Below are positions 1 to 12,894 of a DNA stretch of 64,000 nt, one piece after another. The translations under genes were made by a program, and so were the position numbers. Each line of letters begins with the position of its first letter. Position 1 is the first letter of the stretch. Below the pieces are notes generated by a model, which saw nothing but the letters and a program-made list of their open reading frames with translations, was not told the origin of the DNA and ran no database searches. Source of the stretch: Coniocarpon cinnabarinum (taxonomy: Eukaryota); NCBI GenBank assembly GCA_051942205.1, contig JAVECO010000051.1:1-64000 (forward strand), in the 5' to 3' direction.

Positions 1-1732
1 ATAGTCTTTAGTCTACTAACTTATAAGTCTAAATATAATCTACTTTATTTAAACTAAGTTATAAGCTTTATACTTTACTAAAACCCCTTATTTCTAATCT
101 AAACAAGACTTAAGAGCGAGTCCTCTAGCCTTAGAATCTCTAGCTCTCTTTCTAACTGTGTTGTGATAGGAAGCCACTAAGGGATCACCCTGACCCCGCG
201 TAACAATTCTTATAGAGCAATTTAATATTACTTTTTTTAACCTTAATGTTGCTATAATATATAAAATATGTTAAAATAAGAAAGTAATTAATAAAGCAAG
301 ATCTAACGTATCTTGTAAGTATTATAATATACTAACTAAGAAAGATTTAAAAAAAGTAGTTACTAATTTTTATTTATATAAAGATTCTTATAAAATCTAC
401 TATCTTAATAATATTTTTTACTATAAGGGTATTTTTTACTACTCTATATACTATATACTTACTAATCTATACTATTAGTAAGTATTATATTAAAAAAAAT
501 ATTTAGAGTATAAAAAAAGACTTTTTAAATTAGATAAAAAAATACTTTAAAAATATAAAAGAATTATTATATTATATAGTTTTATAGAATATATTTTAAT
601 ATAAAATTAGCTTACTAATAAAGCTAAATTGAATATTTTAGGCTATATACTATAAAATATAATATAATTACTAAATTATTATTATTATATAGTATATTAA
701 AAGATATAGTACTTATTATATTATTAAAAAAAATAAAGTAATTTATTATTATTATACTAGACTAATATTCTAATAAAAAAAGACTAAAAATTTATATAAT
801 TTAGTAATAAGATTTACTTCTTTTTTAGATCTTAAAAAAAGTAGTATATAATTTATAAACTAAGTAAGTAGTATTATAAAAATTATATATAATATAAGTA
901 AAAGCTATAAACTAAGTATAAAGCTAAATTATATATATAGATAGTAATTAGATAGTAATATAAGTTAAATCTATATTTTTATAATCTTAAAAATAGTAGT
1001 AAAAAGATATAATTATAATACTATAAAGATATTATACTTAGATAGATTATTAAAAAATAAATAGATAACCTAAATATACTACTATTTATTTTTAAAAAAA
1101 ATTAAGATAGTATATATAGTATAAAAATATATAAGAATAGTATTATATAATAGTAAAAGCGTAATAATAGCCTTAATTACTACTTTAACTATAGTAGCTT
1201 TTTTAGCCTTTTACTAATTAAAAATATCTAGTAACTACTAAAGTAAGTACTATATAACTACTCTTACTAAATAAAAAAAAAAAACTTAATAAGATTATTA
1301 TAGAGAAGTAGTATAATAGTATAAGAATAATAAGTATTAATAATTAGTACTTAAGTATACTAGAGTAGTTAAGGGTAGTAGTAGAAAATAATAGTAGCTT
1401 TATACTTTTCTAGCGTTTAGAATTAAATAAAATTATACTACTAAATAAAGCTACTTTCTATGCCTATTATGCGCTTTTCTCTAAGAAAATTGACTATAAT
1501 TTGGTTAAATAATTATAGAGTATAATAATGCACTTTCGGTTCTATGGTGCTAAGAAATTTGGTGTGCCGCTTTATTTCCCTACCGCGTGCCACGCATACC
1601 ACCTTCTGTACAGTCAATCTACTCGCTTTGAACGCCAGTGCTGGAAGCCCCCTTAGTCTGTAGTCCACGGAAAAAGTCCTGGGAGCACTCCAAATCATGG
1701 TGAGCCGTAGCGATGCCTCAAAGCTTGTTACA
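1..1732. mobile_element. RIP-mutated AT-rich transposon relic, possibly LTR-retrotransposon fragments
   Basis: Extremely AT-rich from 1 to ~1500, with TpA in great excess and CpA/TpG nearly absent; no ORFs. Two GC-richer stretches end in LTR-like termini (...CGCGTAACA at 205, ...TTGTTACA at 1732). The element class is inferred. Confidence 0.75.
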
Positions 1733-2139
1733 TCAGCTGCAAAGAGATGCGTCCGCTAGCACAAGGACTGCATGCTTGAACGGTGAGCAGCTGTTATCCT
1801 GAAGGAATGGTCGTTGGAGGCCGGTCTTTGGATAGCCCCTGAGAGTCTGCAGATTTGAAGGCCAGACTTCTCGCTGCTGACAATGTTTGAAGACTATGCC
1901 GCGACGAATTGCGCTGCAGCTAGCAGGCAGAAGATGCAGTCGGACAGACTTTCTTCATTTCACATTGGACACCAGCAGCGACATTACGGTAGCATGCAAA
2001 TTTGTGCAAGCCAGCTTCCGTTATGTTATATAATACGAGAGAGGCACCTTTGCTATTCAATGGTGATTGTTCTCGGGCCTTCTTAGATGAGGCTTCCTCG
2101 GCTTATCACAATCCTGGAGCATCGTGGCATCACGAAGGT

Positions 2140-3313
2140 ATGTACTGCACGGTTTGGCGCTCGTGGAGCCTTTTGGCGTTCACTGCTTTGTTCCAGATCA
2201 TAGCAGCGCAGGATTCTTTACCATGTTCTGGACCAGGATGCTCGACGCCATTTCCACCTGGCCACAGAGAGATAGGAAGTCCGTGGTGGTCAATAGGAGG
2301 TGCGGACATGAATGCAACAATTATGGTAGTCAGGGCGCAGCTTGATGGAATCGAAACTTTGACCGACTTGCATGGTATCATTGCCTACAACCCAGCCTTG
2401 GAGTACTCCGTAAGAAGATCTCATGCAATCGCTGCTAAATGCAACGCGAAATTTGTAGTGAGCTAATTGTTGCCTTTAGAATGTGAGCGATTATCCTGAC
2501 AGAAATCCGGTCAATCAAACATGGGGAATCATTTCCGCTCTGTCCCAAAACAACTTGTAAGCTTTTACCGATTTTTGGCCTAAACTCATGTCTGTATACT
2601 TACGGAATGAATTAGGTGTGGGCAGGATCCCGGTCAATGGTGCTCATATGCTAGCGCTTACTACAACTCAACCGTGGTTTCTGAATTCTACCTGCATACG
2701 GTAGATTTGCTTGATTGGATCGAAATCGCTTGTAAGAAACCACATCGTGTACGTATCGCGACTTTTGCAATATCTTACACTCATCAGACGAGTACTCCGC
2801 GCCGGGCATAGGTTTATTTCCCAACCTTACATTTCCGAATCTCCAGTTGGAACTTACGTTAGGCGCGGGGACTGGCAGTAATTCAGGCATAAACTCTCCT
2901 CCTATTACAGGACGATGGCATAGCAACGAAACAGGTGATACATCCCTTCATTGATTCTTGACCTCACCGGGTTTCCCTTGTTAAACAGCTATCACAGACA
3001 TTCCAGAGCCTCCCAGACAGCTGTGGTTAAAGACAGAGTGCATGTGCGGATTCCAGGGCATCATACCTAACACCTTGTACGGCGACCTTTCGATCCAACT
3101 GGATTCGCCAGTCCCAAACTTTCCTGCATACATTCAGACCTCCAATGCAAGCAATACTCCGCCTATTCATGACGATGATTTCAAAGGGTGGTACTTTGAG
3201 AAGAGTGAGTCATCCTTAAAAGAACAAGATCTCATCACTCTCGCTGACGGGCGCGATCAGTCAATATTGGCGACAGCTTTTGCCAAAGCTTTGAACGTTG
3301 CAGTGGGTTTTGA
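2140..3313 (+). CDS. Secreted protein of unknown function, 6 exons
   Basis: Signal-like N-terminus MYCTVWRSWSLLAFTALFQIIAA-QD. Introns 2410-2479, 2557-2615, 2732-2787, 2935-2988 and 3205-3260 (all GT..AG) join into one open frame containing LCGQDPGQWCSYASAYY, TECMCGF and GWYFEKINIG, ending at TGA 3311-3313. Confidence 0.7.
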
Positions 3314-4002
3314 GGATTTAGCGGATATCGTCGGTTGAGCACTAATACCAACCTTGCCAACTACTGCGGAAAGACAGCCTGCCTTTGTGATCTTGCTGCT
3401 CGGCCTTATCGCTACCATTACGCCTCTGTCGCCCGCCTGGTTGGCACCAAGGCTCCTACCACGTTGCCTGACCCAAGCGCTAAAGAAGTTTTCACGACAC
3501 ATTGGAACATGAGTAGTTTGTGGGGACGGCAGGATGGAGCTTTCAGATTCACTTCTCCGTCTAATATCTAAAATTGTGTCAGCTGCGGCTGCTTTTCTCA
3601 TTGTTCGCTGTACGATCTGAAATGATGTTAAAACCTCTATCGGATGAAAGACCATTCGAGCATGTTTGACAACTGCTACGACAACCGCCATCGGCGCGAC
3701 GGACTTTGATCAATCAGCCTGCACGGCTCATATGTTTGTCATGTTCCATGTCTTTGGTTCATATCTTTGGCGATTCCGCTGGTGCTCGCCGGCCTGTTTG
3801 ATGTTTGTCTGTTCACCCTGTTGCTTTGCTTATGGAGTACGATACCATCGAAATGAGATCCACGTTCCGTTTCCAAGCCGGCATGAGGTGAACTTGATCT
3901 GCTCGGTAGCTCGGCCTGGTGCAGGCCGAGCACGGAGTTTGTGTGACCTTTTCTACAGAGTAGATAGGATGATTCGATTCACCCTTGCGTCACAGGAAGG
4001 GC

Positions 4003-5335
4003 ATGTTCACATGGCTGCAGGCATTTCCCACATCAGTGCGCTGTGGGTTCAAACGACCGTCCGTTGCTGTGCACTGGACACGCTTCGTTAGCTCAAGTAC
4101 GCCCTCATTCGTTCTGGTCATAATGGACCGTTCGCTAATGAAAGGTAGCACCGAGCGCGAGCGCAAACGCAAGAATCTCCCCTGGGCTCTTACGCCGCGC
4201 ACGAGAAGCCCATGCCGAGTTTCAACGCCTTGCCGTGAAGCTTGAAAGTAGCTTCGAGGCTTCGGCAGCCAAGCGTCATGGAGAGCTGTCGCCAATCGCT
4301 AGCGCGGTGAAAGACTATGATAGAGCTTCGGAGTCACTGAGCGAGCTGGGTGCTCTTCTGAATGATGGCGATACTGATGAAGAACTAAGGAAACTGGCAC
4401 AGGAAGATGTTGCAGGAGCCAAGAGCCGCATGGATGAGGCTTTTCAGACTTTGACAACAGCGCTGATTCCAAAGCATCCCTTTGCGCATCTGCCATGCTT
4501 GATCGAGATTCGACCTGGCGTTGGAGGTTCTGAAGCGGCACTGTTTGCCGGTGACCTGCTGAGAATGTATCAAGCATTCTGCTCGCGCAAAGGATTGCGC
4601 TGCGCGTTGCTAAAATACGAAGACCAAGAAAGCGTGTCGGACCCGACAGGCTCGAATGCACCACTCCAAGAGGCAATCCTGGAAGTGACTAGTCCCGGTT
4701 CTTATGAAATGCTACGGAGCGAAGCTGGCGTACACCGTGTGCAAAGAGTTCCTGCGACGGAAAGCAAAGGGCGAACGCATACCTCGGCGGCCAATGTCCT
4801 GGTGTTGCCATCCCTACCAACCGAGGACACTGATACCTCAGACCTCAACAATCCAAACAGCGACTATTTCGTCTCCTCTGCAGATGTGCATGTCGACGTC
4901 ATGCGCTCAGGTGGTGCAGGTGGCCAACATGTAAACAAAACCGAGTCTGCTGTCAGACTGACACACAAGCCCACGAATACCGTGGTTGTTTGTGAAGAAG
5001 GCCGTTCACAGCTTTCCAATCGACAAAAAGCGTGGCAGATCCTCCGCGCTCGATTAGCGCAACGGAAGCGGGAGCAACGAGAGGAAGAGATGCTGAAGTT
5101 CCGACGGGGCACCAGCGGCCATGGAAAGTTCGGGCGTGGTGACAAAATCAGGACATACAATTGGGGACAACAGCGGGTCACGGATCACAGAAGTGGGTTG
5201 AATATCAATCAGCTGGACGACGTAGTGGAGGGCGGAGAGGCACTCGATACCGTGATTGACAGTGTCAAGGCATGGATGCTTGAGCAGGAGATTGAAGGAC
5301 TTTTGACGGAGACTGAAGGCCAAGAGCGCCATTAG
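4003..5335 (+). CDS. MRF1: Mitochondrial peptide chain release factor 1
   Basis: Contains GGAGGQHVNKTESAVR (GGQ motif), EAGVHRVQRVPATE, GRTHTS and IRTYNW. Exon 1 (4003-4096) resembles a targeting peptide; intron 4097-4148 restores the frame. Confidence 0.93.
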
Positions 5336-5729
5336 AGTGCAGAGGCAGCTACCTAACTTTCTCCAGCTCACATTGACATGAATCATCCTTGTGCTGACGA
5401 AGTCAGCCTCTTGATGCATATTGATGCTTACAGATTTCCACGTTGCATGAATGGTCTCGCATCAAAGACTACTGAATCCGGCGACACTCGCCTTGCAGCA
5501 TGTTCACCTTCTTTCGAGTCTTCGCGAATGAGCTCGATATCTCTGTGGCGCATCAGGCAGCACCAGCCACATGACGTCAGTTCTGTCTTTGCGCTGTTCA
5601 ACTATCAGCTGCGAACAACGACTCCTACTCAACCTCATTTCTTCAAAACCAGCATCATCCAGCAAAGAGTTGTTGCAGGAAAGACCTACGCAATTTTCAA
5701 CACGTTGAAACACTGAAAAGTCGCTGGAC

Positions 5730-6092
5730 ATGTCCAACTCCAACACCTACTACTCCTCCACCTCTTTCTCTTCCTCTAGCTACTCTAGCACCAGCAACGG
5801 TCAGACAACAGGCTACCGCCAGGCCTCACATACCCAAACCGATCCCTCGGGCACCAGGGTGCAGTCGGCTAGCCAGAATGCAGGCCAACCCGTGATCACC
5901 GAGTCGCGACAATACGATGCGCAAGGCCGTCCTATGGTCGAGGGAACAAGCATGGGGCAAGGACGCATCGGAGGCGGAGGTGCTGCTCGACCTATAGAAG
6001 GTGGTCGTGTCCAAGAGATCGATGATGAGGCCGCAAAGAAATACGAAGAGAGAATTGAGGATGAGTATGCGAAGAGGGAGGGAGGTGCTTGA
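5730..6092 (+). CDS. Small hydrophilic conserved fungal protein, 120 aa
   Basis: Clean ORF, Ser/Gly/Gln-rich. The C-terminus YEERIEDEYAKREGGA is a motif I recognise from fungal hypothetical proteins. Confidence 0.8.
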   Translation: MSNSNTYYSSTSFSSSSYSSTSNGQTTGYRQASHTQTDPSGTRVQSASQNAGQPVITESRQYDAQGRPMVEGTSMGQGRIGGGGAARPIEGGRVQEIDDEAAKKYEERIEDEYAKREGGA

Positions 6093-6779
6093 GATGGCGC
6101 AAGACTTGATACTCCTGGTCGAAATGCAATCAAGCGGGAACGATCCAATCTACGAGTCGGGGCATCAATGATGAGTCACGAAGACCACTCCACGAATTGG
6201 ATGATATCAGAAACCAACGGCCAGCCTGAGAAGGGGTTGACTAGATCATGAGAGAATAGAACCACTTCCCTCTATGTGTTACCTTTTGTGTTCGCCCGTG
6301 TTCATGCACAATACTGTTCATTTAGGAACAAAATGCTATGCAATGAGCGACATTCTCTATTGATGGGATTAGCATTTGATAGGTAGTGTAAACTTCTTCG
6401 TAGAAAACATCGTGCTGATGTAGTAGTCTACGCTTTTCTTGAATTGCTTGAATGTTTGAGAGCCCATGCATCATCGTCATTATCACTTGAGAGTCCGGAC
6501 ATAGGGCCGTCGTATATGCAGGAGCGGAGGCGGGAGGCTGATAATTCGATGGACTTCATGGCGGAGACTAAGACTTAGTTGCACCGACCGCCCGTCACGT
6601 AATCCCTGATAAGGCAATTGTGAATGCCGAGGCCTGTTGCAACACGGAGCATCCAGGCCGCATGAACCGTAGGTAAGACGAGATGGTGTACAAAAAGCCT
6701 GATGAACCACGATAGCTCATCCTGAATACCTCGCAGGGCAAGCTTGAAGTCTTCTGCAATTAGCTTCAACAGGCACATC

Positions 6780-8672
6780 ATGTCCAAAGATACCACCACT
6801 GCCAGAGCGGAGGACATCCCGGATCTTGTCTATACGGACACAGACTCGATACCCAAAGTATCGGCCAGCTTGCGCACAACATTTGCCTCACACAAGACCA
6901 AGCCTGTCGAATGGCGACTCGTGCAGCTGCGGAAGCTGTATTGGGCGTGAGTTGGTTCACCTGTCAAAGCTTCCAATGAAAACTACCCTAGCCTAAACGC
7001 CAGACGGCTACAACTGAACCACGTGTCTTTGGCTGACGTTGCTACTACAACAGCATCAAAAACCATGCAGCTCTCATTACCGCCGCCTGCCAACAAGATC
7101 TCGGCAAGAATCCTCTTGAGACACACATGACAGAAATCGGCTGGTGCGCCAACGACTGCATCTTTGCCGCCGACCATCTCCAGAAATGGGCCAAAGACGA
7201 GTCCGCGCCCGATGTCGCCCTCATGAACAAGCCTCTTCGCCCACGCATCCGCAAGGACCCCATGGGCTGCTGCCTCATCATCGGCACCTACAACTTTCCC
7301 TTCCAGCTGTCCCTTGGTCCTCTGATTGGAGCTATTGCGGCAGGATGCACTGCGATACTGAAACCGAGTGAGACGGCACCCGCTGCGGCAGTAGTGGTGC
7401 AGAAGATCGTGGAGAGCGCATTAGATCCTACAGCATATGCGATCGTGCAGGGTGCTGTGCCAGAGACAAGCAAGCTCTTGGACGAGAAATGGGACAAGAT
7501 CTTTTACACAGGTGGATATAACGTCGCGAAGATTATCTCGAAGAAGGCCGCAGAAACACTCACACCTGTCACACTGGAATTAGGCGGCAGGAACCCTGCG
7601 ATTGTCACCAAGAACGCTGACATGCGGCTCGCGGCGCGAAGGCTACTCTGGGGCAAGATCTTCAACGCAGGACAGGTGTGCGTGAGCCAGAACTACACTA
7701 TGATTGAGGAAGAGATGCTGCCAACGTTCTTGACCGAGTTTAAGACTGCATTGGCTAATTTCTACCCGGACGGACCGAAGGCAAGTCGAGATTATGGGCG
7801 GATTGTCAGTGTGAAAGCCTTCCAACGGCTGAAGCACATGCTGGATACTTCCAAGGGCAAGATATTGATTGGCGGGACAATGGATGAAGCAGAGCGCTTT
7901 ATTGAGCCGACTGTCATTCAAGTCGATTCGACAGATGATGCACTATTGGTTGAAGAGTCCTTTGGACCGCTTATCACGATCCTGCCTGTCAAAGACCTGG
8001 ACACAGCCATTAGAATCGCCAATGATGTTAGTGTGACGCCACTGGGAATTTACCCATTTGGCAACAAGAAAGAGACAGACCGGATTCTGAACGAAACAAG
8101 AAGTGGCGGCGCCACCGTGAACGATGGGTTCTTCCACGCCAGCGTTCCTACGATACCGTTCGGTGGTGTTGGCGAAAGCGGTCAAGGGAGCTACAGAGGT
8201 AGAGCAAGCTTCGAGTGCTTTACACATCGACGAACAGTAGTAGAGACACCAGGATGGATGGAGAGTCTATTAGCAATCAGGTGCGGCTTCCCCAAGGAAG
8301 AATCCCTTGCCTGTCCTTTTCGATTGCGCCCGCGCGGTGCGCGCCGCGAAGATGCTAACAATGCAGTAGATACCCACCCTACACCGGCACCAAAAAGCTT
8401 GCCCAAACGAAATCGATGACAGATCAAACACCAAACTTCGACCGCGATGGCAAAGTCAAGTTCAGTCTCATTCGCTATGTCTTGACTCTTGGCGGGGTGA
8501 GTGCAAATCAGGGACTCATGCGCTGGGTCCTTGTCGCGATGTGTATGTTTGTTTTCTTTGAGGTTTCTCAAGCGGCTGGCCACCGTCTTGGGAGCTTCCC
8601 ATGTTGATTGCATTTGCTGACTTTGAAGTAGGTGCTGTAGGATACCAGCAGTACCTAGGAAGGCGACGGTAA
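6780..8672 (+). CDS. Membrane-anchored fatty/apocarotenal aldehyde dehydrogenase (ALDH3, HFD1/YLO-1-like)
   Basis: Motifs LKPSE, FYTGG, TLELGGRNP, NAGQVCVS (catalytic Cys), EESFGP and PFGGVGESG. Introns 6947-7053, 8281-8369 and ~8542-8628. Hydrophobic C-terminal anchor followed by GRRR*. Confidence 0.92.
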
Positions 8673-9933
8673 AGTAGAGAAAATAAGGGAAATCGAGGGA
8701 ACAGGAGGGCTGCTGCTTCACTGCCTAGCAGTCGATTCAGAGTCTTCGAGGATGTTTGTATGAAATGACGCCGAATTATGTTCACGTCTTGGTGAGAATG
8801 AAACATTTGGTGATTTTCGTGGTCTGTACGCATACCCAACACGTTCATACACATAACGCGAATCATCGGCGTTGCCTGCATAGCAGTGCGCCACCTTTCA
8901 AGACGCAGCATTTGAATGCTACGACTTTGCATCCTGCTACACATTGCCACATTGAGCATTCTCATGCTCACTCCCAATGCCACGAAAAAAGTCTATAAGC
9001 ACCGCAACTCTGCATTCCGGAAATTCCAAGTCAAATCTCAAAGTCGGCGTGATTTCACCTCACCGTGCCAGCACAACCATCTAGAAGGGTCCAGCTTCGT
9101 CCCTCTCCATTCAGGAATCCAACTAAACTAGGCCACCGACCATCGGCGTTAAAGATCCTGGACGATCTAACAAAATGAATCCATGTTGCCAGAACTATTC
9201 GGTACACCAAAGACCCTGACCAATCGATGTTTCATTTCATTTTCCACTTCAAACCCTTTCCAGATGCCCTTTCCGAGCGTCCTTTCTATTCCCATTCGAC
9301 GTGCTCTCGTGACTTTGATCGAATCAATCATCTTTCCCTGACTATAGTTTATGGGGATTGCTCACAGACAGCCCGTTGCTAATTCGTCTCTGAAGACCTC
9401 GTTGGGATACCAATGAATCGCAATCTTACTTGCATCAATGAGGCGTTCAAGACGGCACGGACGAAAGGACAACCCTTGAACTGAATCACGGTCCCAACGA
9501 TGTGGGTCTTGGGTTAGATTGACGCGGCGTGGCGGACGCGGTACGGACGGATGGAAGGAATGGACGGATGGAGTTTGTGCTAGCGTGAATTAGTTCAGAG
9601 AGGGGGCAGATGAGTGTGGCGTTTGCAATTTAGAATGTTAGGTTAGATTTGCGAGCAAAGAGCAAAGATGACTCGGTGAATCTTTTATGTTCAGTCTGCT
9701 GTAAAGTGGAATGTTGAAGTGACACTTGGTGAAGCTGACAGATGCTGGATGGTGCATGGAAGTGCCGTTAGGGAAAGAATACTGAACTGGAGCAAGACGT
9801 GGTTAGACGCTCAGACGCTGGCACAGGTCCATATGTAATCTCTAAATAATAGGAATCTAAGACTGTAATCACGAGGCCGTATACCGCAGGACAAACGACC
9901 TCACCTTGCGCTGCGCACAGCCCCAAAGCACAC

Positions 9934-11883
9934 TCAAACCTTTGCCTCATGCACCAACTCCTCAGGGCTCTTGCCACTGACGCTTCCAATCCTCTCCTCC
10001 GGCTTGTCCGCAGGGGCACCCAGACTCATCTTGCGCTCGGTCCACTCCTCCTCGCCGAGCAAAGCAAACAGACCGACCTCATGCTCGATTTCCCTCTTCA
10101 GCTTCTCGTCCGCCTCTGCGAACCCGGCATTGCCGAAGATCTCGTCCATTTCTTCGAGGGTGAGGCCCTTGGTCTCGGGAACGAGGAAGAACACATAGAG
10201 CACGCCCAGAGTCGTGATCGCACCGAAGAAGATGAAGGCGCCGAACTGAGTGTTCTTGATGAAGGGAGAGGTCGAGATGCCGACTGCGAAGTTGTTGAGC
10301 CAGTTGGCGGAGCCACCGATAGAGACGCCCTTGGCGCGCATGGAGAGTGGGAAGACTTCTGAGACGATGATCCAGGCGACGGGACCCCAAGAGTATCCGA
10401 AGTGAGCAGCGTAGATCCACACCCTAGGAGAGAAACACATTAGCCGATGTCGTCTGCGTAGGTATATTGAGGTTCAGGAAGACTCACATGACGATGGCAG
10501 CCCAACCTCCAGCTTTGTGGTTTTGCCAATCCGAGTCAAAGCCACCAATGATACCTGCGACAATGAAGTGGCAAGACGCCATGCCGATCGCACCGACAAT
10601 GAGAATGGTTTTGCGACCGAACTTGTCGACGTAGAGGACAGCCGGGATGGTGAAGAGGAATTCGAGAACACCGACCACACCAGTGGCAAGGAGCTTGATG
10701 GTACCACCAGCAAAACCAAAACCCTGGAAAATGAACGGAGCGTAGTAGTTGATGGCGTTGATTCCGTTCCCTACGAATGCTTGTTAGAATGGAATCAAGT
10801 TGGAGTTTCGCCGCCCGAGGTGGCTCAAAATGAACTTACACTGCTGGAAAGTCATGATCAGGCAAGCAACGCTCGTCCGCTTGAAAAGCGATGGATTTGT
10901 GACGAGCGACATGTAATCATAGAGGCCAATCTTGAAGTTGGAACCTCTGCTGCCATCTTGAAGGTTAGGGTATTTCGCGGCGGCCGTTCGCTTCTCGAAT
11001 TCACGGAGGACCTTAATCTCCAAAAACTCCAATCGGACACGAATTGAGTCTACGGTTTCGCTGCGTAGGCGCGCGAGTGTCTCCAGGCAATCCGCTTCAC
11101 GGCCACGGTTCATCAGATGTCGTGGTGATTGCGGCATGAAAACCAACATGCCAACTCCGAGGATCACAGCCGGAAGGACTTGGATGCAAATGGGAACAAG
11201 CCATGCAGCGTTGGACTGTGACTGGCCCGTACCGCCAATGAAATTGCATCCGTAGCCGATCCAGAAAGAAACCATGATACCAAATGTGATGGCGAGCTGC
11301 TGGACAGCGACCAGGGACCCACGGACTTCGGGAGGCGAGAGCTCAGCGTTGTATAGAGGAACAACCATGGATAGTGACCCCACGCCGAGACCCGTGACGA
11401 ACCGACCACCAAAGATGTAATCTTTGTTTTCAGTGCAGGCTTGAACGATAACACCAATAATAAAAACGACGCAGGCTATGGTAGCACACACACGACGGCC
11501 CACGGCATCAGCGAGCCAACTGTTGATGAGGACGCCGACCCATGCACCGAGCTCCAGAATTGATGTAAGGAGACCTTGAGCAGTACCCGTCTCTGCAGCG
11601 TAGCCGTCGGTCCGGTTGACAAAGGCGGTCATGGTGAGAACTTGAGCAAACATGCCCTGATTGTCTGGATGGAATTAACAATCGACTCTAATCCCGACCT
11701 TACAGGAATTTGACTGCAGAAAGAACTGCAAGGTAACATACAGCCGTACACCAGACCTCCAAGAGACGCGAAAAAAGCAATCGCTGTGGTCTTGCCATTG
11801 GCGAAAAGACCCTTAAAACCAATTGGTCCTGCAAATTGAGCTCTTTTGGCCGAGACGGGCCCATCCATGCCCATGGGAGCCAT
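9934..11883 (-). CDS. MFS sugar porter, resembling Xut1/Lat1-type pentose transporters
   Basis: FASLGGLVYGYNQGMF across the first intron, plus DAVGRR, YNAELSPPEVRG, QQLAIT, VDKFGRK and PETKGLTLEEMD sugar-porter signatures. About 4 exons. Confidence 0.92.
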
Positions 11884-12894
11884 GATGAAGAGAAGATGTG
11901 ACGCAAACGCCTAGGGATGACTTAAAAGGCCAGCACGAACGTACGTGAGAAGAGGAATTCAAGCATAGAGCAGGACAATCAGCTTATGAAATATACGCGA
12001 TGGCTCGTGACTCTACAATCTAAGCAGTCTCCGCATCTTTAGTGCTTCACACGTGCAAGGTGACATGGGCCATTCTCAGTCCAGCGAATGAGGAAAGGGA
12101 AGCAACCTGGTGGATCCGCACGCACGGCATCAGCATTGTTGACAAGAGGATGAGGGTCCAGTAATTCGTTCTGCAGGTCGTCGACAGATCGAAAACGGAA
12201 GGTCGGCCCTTGTTTCCCTACTTTTACCCGAAGGTGTTTGACCAGGATGAGACGGTCAAAGCTCTGCAAGAATGCGGCATTGCGCGAGTGACTTCCTTTG
12301 CGCCGCGAACCTTTCAGCGTGATTTATTTGACGCTCGCGTGGTCAATACTCACCAGCCGCGCTGGGCATGACAGAGAAGTTTTGTTCCAACAAACTTTCT
12401 TCGACCGTCGGCGTCCCGGAGTGGCGTATGAAAGAGCCGCGATTGCCGGACAGCCTGAGTCGCGGACTTTCTCTCGTCGTCGCGTGGCGCGCGTACGAGT
12501 CATCTTGAAGCTGGCGCCGTAGTTTGTTCCGCACGCAGCGCCGGACAATTGTTCTAGAAGAAAATGATCTGGAAAGTCCCCACGGGGCAGACACGGTTAG
12601 AGTCTCGGTTGCCGTAATGCCGTTTTGCATGTGGACCTGTAGAGGAAAGGAAAGGATTGGGTGGTGGAGACCGACGAGCAATCTGCAGTTATTCGCGAGG
12701 TCGGCTGAGAGCTGAAGTGAACAAATGCCGAGACTGCGCCTGTCTGGGCTGAGTAAGGCTTAGGGTCATCGAGTCCCTTGAGCGGAAGTACTTCCGCCGA
12801 TGTTTGCATGAGGTGCGTGCTGGATAGAAGTACCTGCTGCTGCTACTCGTCGATGGACAGTCAAGCAGAGCAACGATGACAATCGGGCAAGCGT

